Shown piece after piece: positions 26,505-32,000 of a stretch of 32,000 nucleotides of DNA. The first letter of the stretch is position 1; each line of letters starts with the position of its first letter. The position numbers and the translations under genes were made by a program. The notes beneath the pieces are model-generated. The model worked only from the letters and a program-made list of their open reading frames with translations, ran no database searches and was not told the DNA's origin. Origin of the DNA: Candidatus Nanoarchaeia archaeon (GTDB lineage Archaea > Nanobdellota > Nanobdellia > Woesearchaeales > JANQNC01); contig JANQNC010000001.1 in assembly GCA_028279745.1 (NCBI GenBank), positions 1,020,001 to 1,052,000 on the forward strand, written 5' to 3'.

Positions 26505-27125
26505 TTGAAAATAAAGATAATCTTAATGATGGTGGCATTACTGGCTTTACAGCTAGTTGCAGCAGCAGATTCAAGACCTGCAGGAATACCTTTACTGGCA
26601 TATGGACAGGTAGTTGATGAGGAAGGCAACAATGTGGATGCTACAGTTTTCATAACATCATACAATCCTTACACAAATGCAATAAATGTGCAGACAAGCG
26701 CATTAACGGGTGTACTAAAATCAGGATACTTCTTTACCAAATTACACACCGCAGGAACTGACTTAGTAGAAGCAGCTGCAGAAAAAGATGGAAAGGAAGG
26801 AAACACAATACACAAAATAACAGATGATGATAATTACAGATCATACTTTAAATTCAGAACAATCACATTGGGAGAGCAACAGATTCCACAAGCAACAATA
26901 GAGTTACAAGCAGGATGGAACAACATGATTCTGCCAATCACACCAACAGATAACTCAATAGAATCAGTATTAGCACCAGTACAGTACGACATAATCTGGA
27001 AAGAAGCTGGAAGTACACACATAGCGTACTCACCACTTGCACAAGCAGGAGAGTTTAACACATTAGAAGCAGGAGTATCATACTGGATCTATGTAAGAGA
27101 AGCTGTAACATTAACAATTTACTAA
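26505..27125 (+). CDS. Secreted hypothetical protein
   Basis: Signal peptide MKIKIILMMVALLALQLVAAA. TTG start preceded by AGGTGA at 26494..26499. The ATG at 26527 is an alternative start. Confidence 0.5.
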   Translation: MKIKIILMMVALLALQLVAAADSRPAGIPLLAYGQVVDEEGNNVDATVFITSYNPYTNAINVQTSALTGVLKSGYFFTKLHTAGTDLVEAAAEKDGKEGNTIHKITDDDNYRSYFKFRTITLGEQQIPQATIELQAGWNNMILPITPTDNSIESVLAPVQYDIIWKEAGSTHIAYSPLAQAGEFNTLEAGVSYWIYVREAVTLTIY

Positions 27126-28823
27126 TCACATTTCTTTAATAGCTTCGATACCCAAGAGTTCTAATCCATTCTTAAGAACTTGCCTGACACAATCAGTCAG
27201 AAGAATCCTAAACTCAGTCAAATGTTTGTCATCAGAAATTATTGGGTTGTGAGAATAGAAATTACTGAACTCCTGAGCTAAACTAATTAGATAATTTGCC
27301 AATAAAGAAGGTTTATAGTGAGAAGATGCATCAGCAATTACGCTGTTGAATTCTGAAAGCTTCGAGATTAATAATTCACTCCCTTCAGTTTTAGAAAAGT
27401 CAACATCAACTTTAACTTCTTCATTGTGTTTTTTCAACACAGAACAACATCTGGCATGAGCATACTGAAGATAAGGACCGGTTTCGCCCTCAAAAGATAA
27501 ACTTTCTTCAGGATCAAAAGTGAAATCCTTAATCGGATCTATTTTAATCATAAAGAACTTGATAGCTGCAAGAGCGATAGCTTTAGATCTTGATTCAAGT
27601 TCATCTGCTTCTATGTTTTCATGCCTTTTCTTAATCTCCTCTTTTGCAATATTGGAAACTTCACTAACTAAATCATCAGCATCAACAACATTGCCTTCCC
27701 TAGATTTCATCCTGCCAGAAGGCAAATTAACCATGCCATAACTTAGATGGTGACAATCTTTGGCAAAACTCATACCTAAAAGATCTAAAATCTTGAATAA
27801 CTGTCTGAAATGCAAGTCTTGTTCAGAAGCGACAACATAAACTGACTTGTCAATCTTAAAATCATCAAACTTCTTCTCAGCAAGGTAGATATCTTGAGTC
27901 ATGTACAGAGCAGTACCATCAGACTTAAGCAAAACTTTATCGGGAAGCTTGTATTCTTCAAGCTTAGCAACAACAGCACCTTCATCTTTCTCAAAAATTC
28001 CACCTGATAAGCCTTTTTCAACAACTTCTTTGCCAAATTTATACAATTCAGATTCATAATATTCCTTATCAAACTCAACACCTAGAGTTTTGTAAGTTGC
28101 TAAGTAACCATCATAGACCCATTTCATCATCTTTTTCCATAACTCTAAAACTTCTTCGTTGCCTGATTCCCAGTCAAGAACCATCTTATCAACATCTTCC
28201 TTAAGCTCGGGTTTTTCCTTTATAGCTTTCTTAAAATCAACATAACACTGAGCAACAAAATGATCGGGTTTAACGTCTGGTTCTTTACCTTCATGAAACA
28301 TCTTATAACCCAGCATTGCTTCAGCAACACCAACACCTCTGTCATTATTGACAGATGTTTTCACAACACTATAACCGTCTGCTTTAAGAATGCTAGAAAC
28401 AGAATTACCAAGCAGGATATTACGAACATGACCTAGATGTAATGCTTTATTTGTGTTAGGCGAACAAAACTCAACCATTACTCTTTGTTCTTTACTTTCA
28501 CTTTTACCATAATCATCTTTTTCTTCACTAATTTTCTTTAGGGTTTGGTCAGCAAGTGTCTTTGTGTTTGCAAAAAAGTTAAGGAAAGGTCCCACAGGAT
28601 TAGTGGATGCAAGAGCGTCATTAGCTGAAAAGTTAGAACTTAGATCTTTAGCAATCTCTTGAGGGGGTTTCCCCATATCTTTAGATAGTGTAAAACAAGG
28701 GAAAGCAATACTTCCCATTTGGGGGTCTTTTGGTTTTTCAAATAACTTCATAGCTTCTTCTTTAGATAGCTTTGTATGTTTGGCAATAAACTCAGATCCT
28801 GCATTAATTACAAAGTTAGTCAT
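27126..28823 (-). CDS. argS: Arginine--tRNA ligase
   Basis: HIGH-type motif NKALHLGHVRN and a class I ArgRS layout with a C-terminal DALR-like anticodon-binding helix bundle. Its ATG overlaps the enolase TGA stop (ATGA at 28820..28823). Confidence 0.9.
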   Translation of the reverse strand: MTNFVINAGSEFIAKHTKLSKEEAMKLFEKPKDPQMGSIAFPCFTLSKDMGKPPQEIAKDLSSNFSANDALASTNPVGPFLNFFANTKTLADQTLKKISEEKDDYGKSESKEQRVMVEFCSPNTNKALHLGHVRNILLGNSVSSILKADGYSVVKTSVNNDRGVGVAEAMLGYKMFHEGKEPDVKPDHFVAQCYVDFKKAIKEKPELKEDVDKMVLDWESGNEEVLELWKKMMKWVYDGYLATYKTLGVEFDKEYYESELYKFGKEVVEKGLSGGIFEKDEGAVVAKLEEYKLPDKVLLKSDGTALYMTQDIYLAEKKFDDFKIDKSVYVVASEQDLHFRQLFKILDLLGMSFAKDCHHLSYGMVNLPSGRMKSREGNVVDADDLVSEVSNIAKEEIKKRHENIEADELESRSKAIALAAIKFFMIKIDPIKDFTFDPEESLSFEGETGPYLQYAHARCCSVLKKHNEEVKVDVDFSKTEGSELLISKLSEFNSVIADASSHYKPSLLANYLISLAQEFSNFYSHNPIISDDKHLTEFRILLTDCVRQVLKNGLELLGIEAIKEM

Positions 28824-30052
28824 TCCTTAACAACCTCTTCAATTCTTAATAATTCATTAAGTTTAACAGTCCTTTCACCACCGCTAATACCTGTCTTGAT
28901 GATTGGGATATCAAAAGCAACTGCCAACTGGGCAATAGTCGAATCCTCAGTCTCACCAGACCTGTGAGAGATAACAGGTGTTATCTTGTTCTCTTTAGCG
29001 ATCTGTATGAATTCTCTAGTCTTAATCAAAGAACCAACCTGATTGGGTTTAACAATAACTGCACTAACGCTGTCATGTTCTATGGCTTTTTTTATCTGAT
29101 CAGGATTTGTAACACATAAATCATCACCACAGATTAAACAGTTGTTGACTCTTCTTTTAATCTGAGCAAAACCATCGAAGTCATCCTCGTTCAAAGGATC
29201 TTCAACATAGCTAAGATTATACTTTTCTATTAAGTCAACCACAAAATCGATCTGTTCCTCTCTTGTTAAAGACTTTTGAGGTTCATCATTCAAAAATTTG
29301 TTATAATTATATTTCTCTCCATCATATAGTTCTGAAGCGGCCATGTCAAGACCCAGTTTTATCTTAAAACCAAACTCTTTACCAACTTCAGCAGCAACTT
29401 CAGAAACAACATCTAAAATTTCCATGTTAGAAATATTAGGGCACCAAGCACCTTCATCAGTCTTGCCGCCTGTAAACTTAACATCTCTTTCCTGTAACTT
29501 TTTCTTAACTAAAGCATGAACTTTAGCGTTAGCAAAATAAGATTTGGAAAATTTATCAGATTCTAAAGATAGCAGTAAGAATTCCTGAATGTCTGGACTA
29601 TGGATTCCAGCATGAGCACCACCACCAACAACATTACCTAACGGTCTAGGCAAATGTCTTGCATCCGGGTTCAATAACATCCACAAAGGCTTATCGTTAC
29701 AGTTAGATAAAGCGCTAAGAATGGCGAACTCAATTGCAATAACAATATTTCCACCTATTTTTTCCCATTGGGGGGTATCATCAAACTCCCTAAGAGCATC
29801 TTCAACTTTTTGTAATTCATCAAAAGAGTTGATTTCCATATCAATCAATTTCTTTTTAACTTCGTCATTTACAAACTTAACAGACTCACTAACCTCTCCA
29901 GGGAAAGGTTTAGCCTCTAAAGTGCCCGTAGAAGCACCTGAAGGTGCAGAACCTCTGCCAACAAAACCTTCTGCATAAAAAACATCAACCTCAATAGCAT
30001 CTTGAGCTCGTGAATTAAGTATTTTTCTTGCTACAATATTTTTTATTATCAT
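28820..30052 (-). CDS. eno: Enolase (phosphopyruvate hydratase)
   Basis: N-terminus IIKNIVARKILNSRAQDAIEVDV and signature SHRSGETEDSTIAQLAVA. Confidence 0.9.
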   Translation of the reverse strand: MIIKNIVARKILNSRAQDAIEVDVFYAEGFVGRGSAPSGASTGTLEAKPFPGEVSESVKFVNDEVKKKLIDMEINSFDELQKVEDALREFDDTPQWEKIGGNIVIAIEFAILSALSNCNDKPLWMLLNPDARHLPRPLGNVVGGGAHAGIHSPDIQEFLLLSLESDKFSKSYFANAKVHALVKKKLQERDVKFTGGKTDEGAWCPNISNMEILDVVSEVAAEVGKEFGFKIKLGLDMAASELYDGEKYNYNKFLNDEPQKSLTREEQIDFVVDLIEKYNLSYVEDPLNEDDFDGFAQIKRRVNNCLICGDDLCVTNPDQIKKAIEHDSVSAVIVKPNQVGSLIKTREFIQIAKENKITPVISHRSGETEDSTIAQLAVAFDIPIIKTGISGGERTVKLNELLRIEEVVKE

Positions 30053-30107
30053 CTATTATCACCAACCCTAATCATTGATTGACTGTTTTTTAATGTTTCG
30101 TTTTTAT

Positions 30108-30159
30108 AGTAAATGGCTCTTGCCATTTACTAACTAGAAAAGGCCAGTTGGCCTTTTCT
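30108..30159. other. Two adjacent perfect 10-bp/4-nt-loop hairpins (or palindromic binding sites)
   Basis: AGTAAATGGC tctt GCCATTTACT occupies 30108..30131 and AGAAAAGGCC agtt GGCCTTTTCT occupies 30136..30159. They lie in the divergent eno / zinc-ribbon intergenic region. Confidence 0.6.
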
Positions 30160-30199
30160 ATTAGCAAGAGTTAAAAACTAAGAATATCATAATATAATC

Positions 30200-30367
30200 A
30201 TGAAAATAAAACTATGCCCGAAATGCAAGTCAGACAAAATTGAGCTATATGCAGCAGGGATAACAGGAAACTATAGATGCCGTAACTGCGATTATGTCGG
30301 GCCGTTGATTCTTGAGAAGGAAGTAGACGAAAGAGATTTAAAGAATAAAGATAAGAATACAAAATAG
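30200..30367 (+). CDS. Small zinc-ribbon protein (55 aa)
   Basis: Absent from the ORF track. MKIKLCPKCKSDKIELYAAGITGNYRCRNCDYVGPLILEKEVDERDLKNKDKNTK* has CPxC...CxxC. It lies 20 nt upstream of the transketolase gene. Confidence 0.5.
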   Translation: MKIKLCPKCKSDKIELYAAGITGNYRCRNCDYVGPLILEKEVDERDLKNKDKNTK

Positions 30368-30387
30368 ACAAAAAAAGAGGTCGGTAG

Positions 30388-31215
30388 ATGGATAAAGTAG
30401 AAAATATTGAAAAACTGAAGAGTATTTCTAAAGAGATCAGACTTAGCATAATGAGTATGTTGCATGAAGCAAAGTCAGGACACTCAGGAGGAAGTCTAGG
30501 AATGACAGATGTATTCACAACACTATTCTTCAACGTAATGAACCACAACCCAGAAGACCCAAAATGGGAAGACAGAGACCATTTTATTCTATCAAATGGA
30601 CATATCTGTCCTGTGTTATACTCAACACTTGCAGAAGCAGGATATTTTTCAAAAGATGAACTTAAGACTTTACGTAAATTTGGATCAAGATTACAAGGGC
30701 ACCCATCAAGAACGGATTTTGACTTGGTTGAGACTTCAACAGGCCCGCTTGGCCAAGGCATATTGGTTGCAGCAGGGATGGCAAAAGGACTAAAGATGCA
30801 AAATAAGAACAACAAAATATTTGTGTCAAGCTCAGACGGAGAACATCAAGAAGGAGCAACCTGGGAAACATTAATGTTTGCAGCAAAACATAATTTAGAT
30901 AATCTAATAGTTTTCATCGACAGAAACCAAATACAGATAGGGGGAAATACCGAAGACATAATGGAAATGGAATCATTAGCAGACAAACTAAGAGCATTCA
31001 ACTGGAACGTAATAGAGGCGGATGGACATAACTATGAAGAAATACTGAAAGCATTCAACCAGGCAAAAGAAAACAAAGGAAAACCCACAACAATAATATT
31101 CAAAACAACAATAGGAAAAGGAGTGTCATTCATGGAAGGAGATTATGAGTGGCATGGAAAAGCACCAAACGATGAAGAATACCAAAAAGCTGTTGAGGAG
31201 ATAAATAATGGATAA
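30388..31215 (+). CDS. tkt: Transketolase, N-terminal (TPP-binding) subunit
   Basis: Motifs GHSGGSLGMTDV and SSSDGEHQEGATWE. This is the split-gene arrangement typical of archaea. Confidence 0.9.
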   Translation: MDKVENIEKLKSISKEIRLSIMSMLHEAKSGHSGGSLGMTDVFTTLFFNVMNHNPEDPKWEDRDHFILSNGHICPVLYSTLAEAGYFSKDELKTLRKFGSRLQGHPSRTDFDLVETSTGPLGQGILVAAGMAKGLKMQNKNNKIFVSSSDGEHQEGATWETLMFAAKHNLDNLIVFIDRNQIQIGGNTEDIMEMESLADKLRAFNWNVIEADGHNYEEILKAFNQAKENKGKPTTIIFKTTIGKGVSFMEGDYEWHGKAPNDEEYQKAVEEINNG

Positions 31216-32000
31216 AGAAGCCACTCGTAAAGGATTTGGAAAAGCATTGGTAGAGTTGGGAGAGCTTAATGATAAAGTTGTAGCATTATCAGCAGATTTA
31301 ACAGAATCAACATCTTGCAAAGAGTTCAAAGAAAAGTATCCAGATAGATACATGGAGATGGGTGTAGCAGAACAGAACTCAATAGGTGTGGCAGCAGGAC
31401 TAAGCTTTACAGGATACATTCCATTTGTAACATCATTTGCAGTATTTATGCCTAACAGATGTTTGGATCAGATAAGAGTAAGTGTAGCATATAACAATGC
31501 GAATGTCAAAATAGTTGCGTCACATGCAGGACTAGTCACGGGGCATGACGGAGCAACACACCAAGCACTAGAAGACATATCTATAATGAGATCCATACCA
31601 AACATGACAGTTGTAGTTCCATGTGATTTTACAGAAGCAGTAAAAGCAACAAAAACAATAGCATACAGAGAAGGGCCTTGTTATCTGAGGCTAATGAGAG
31701 AAAAAACACCAAAGATAACAGATGAAAACACAAGATTTGATGTTGGTGTGGCAAACGTGATGAGAGATGGAGAAGATATTACTATAATTGCCTGTGGGGA
31801 GATGGTAAGTGCGGCATTAGAAGCAGCAGAAAGACTACAAGAAGAAAATATATCTGTTGCTGTTGTTAATATGCACACAATCAAACCGATAGACAAAGAG
31901 TGTATCTTAGGCTATGCAGAAAAAACAAAAGCGATAGTCACAGCGGAAGACCACCAGGTAAATGGGGGGTTGGGAAGTGCTGTAAGCGAAGTAGTAAGTT
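31208..32000 (+). CDS. tkt: Transketolase, C-terminal (pyrimidine-binding) subunit; 3' end lies beyond the window
   Basis: My translation from the ATG at 31208 reads MDKEATRKGFGKALVELGELNDKVVALSADLTESTSCKEFKEKYPDRYMEMGVAEQNSIGVAAGLS... The start overlaps the upstream stop by 8 nt. The frame stays open to the window end. Confidence 0.85.
   Translation, partial: MDKEATRKGFGKALVELGELNDKVVALSADLTESTSCKEFKEKYPDRYMEMGVAEQNSIGVAAGLSFTGYIPFVTSFAVFMPNRCLDQIRVSVAYNNANVKIVASHAGLVTGHDGATHQALEDISIMRSIPNMTVVVPCDFTEAVKATKTIAYREGPCYLRLMREKTPKITDENTRFDVGVANVMRDGEDITIIACGEMVSAALEAAERLQEENISVAVVNMHTIKPIDKECILGYAEKTKAIVTAEDHQVNGGLGSAVSEVVS

Noticed and set aside
30198-30815. 205-aa minus-strand ORF
   Set aside because: It is antisense to the well-supported transketolase N-terminal subunit and overlaps the zinc-ribbon ORF. 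It has no recognisable domains.

Overview
Low-GC archaeal chromosome segment, probably from a DPANN-type small-genome archaeon. That guess rests on the archaeal 16S/23S signatures, L41e, Rpr2, a split transketolase, a tRNA-Ile with a UAU anticodon and heavily intron-interrupted tRNAs. All calls were made by eye from the sequence and the ORF track.

Contents, left to right:
- 5' part of a family B DNA polymerase, open at the window edge.
- tRNA-Ile(UAU).
- A sensing-type cluster: lipoprotein solute-binding protein, HAMP-only transducer, flavodiiron-like di-iron MBL protein.
- A secreted LamG protein.
- An AT-rich 2.5 kb islet encoding a stand-alone Nudix hydrolase and a Nudix/radical-SAM fusion. 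It is bounded by a 12-nt direct repeat that copies the 3' end of the adjacent tRNA-Glu.
- A 624-aa Cys-rich repeat surface protein.
- A tiny L41e gene missing from the ORF track.
- A 16S / tRNA-Ala / 23S operon with long processing stems and no 5S.
- Housekeeping genes: DHH/RecJ-like, Dus, PepF, Rpr2, a glycosyltransferase, ArgRS, enolase, split transketolase.
- A tandem-Lrp regulator next to a three-gene small-protein operon.
- A free-standing LAGLIDADG endonuclease abutting tRNA-Gly.

Main points:
- All four tRNA genes are interrupted (7 introns in total, 5 at non-canonical positions).
- The best candidate for an undescribed system is the Nudix / MoaA-like radical SAM / Nudix cassette on the tRNA-Glu-flanked islet.
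- I saw no CRISPR array, transposase, integrase or reverse transcriptase.
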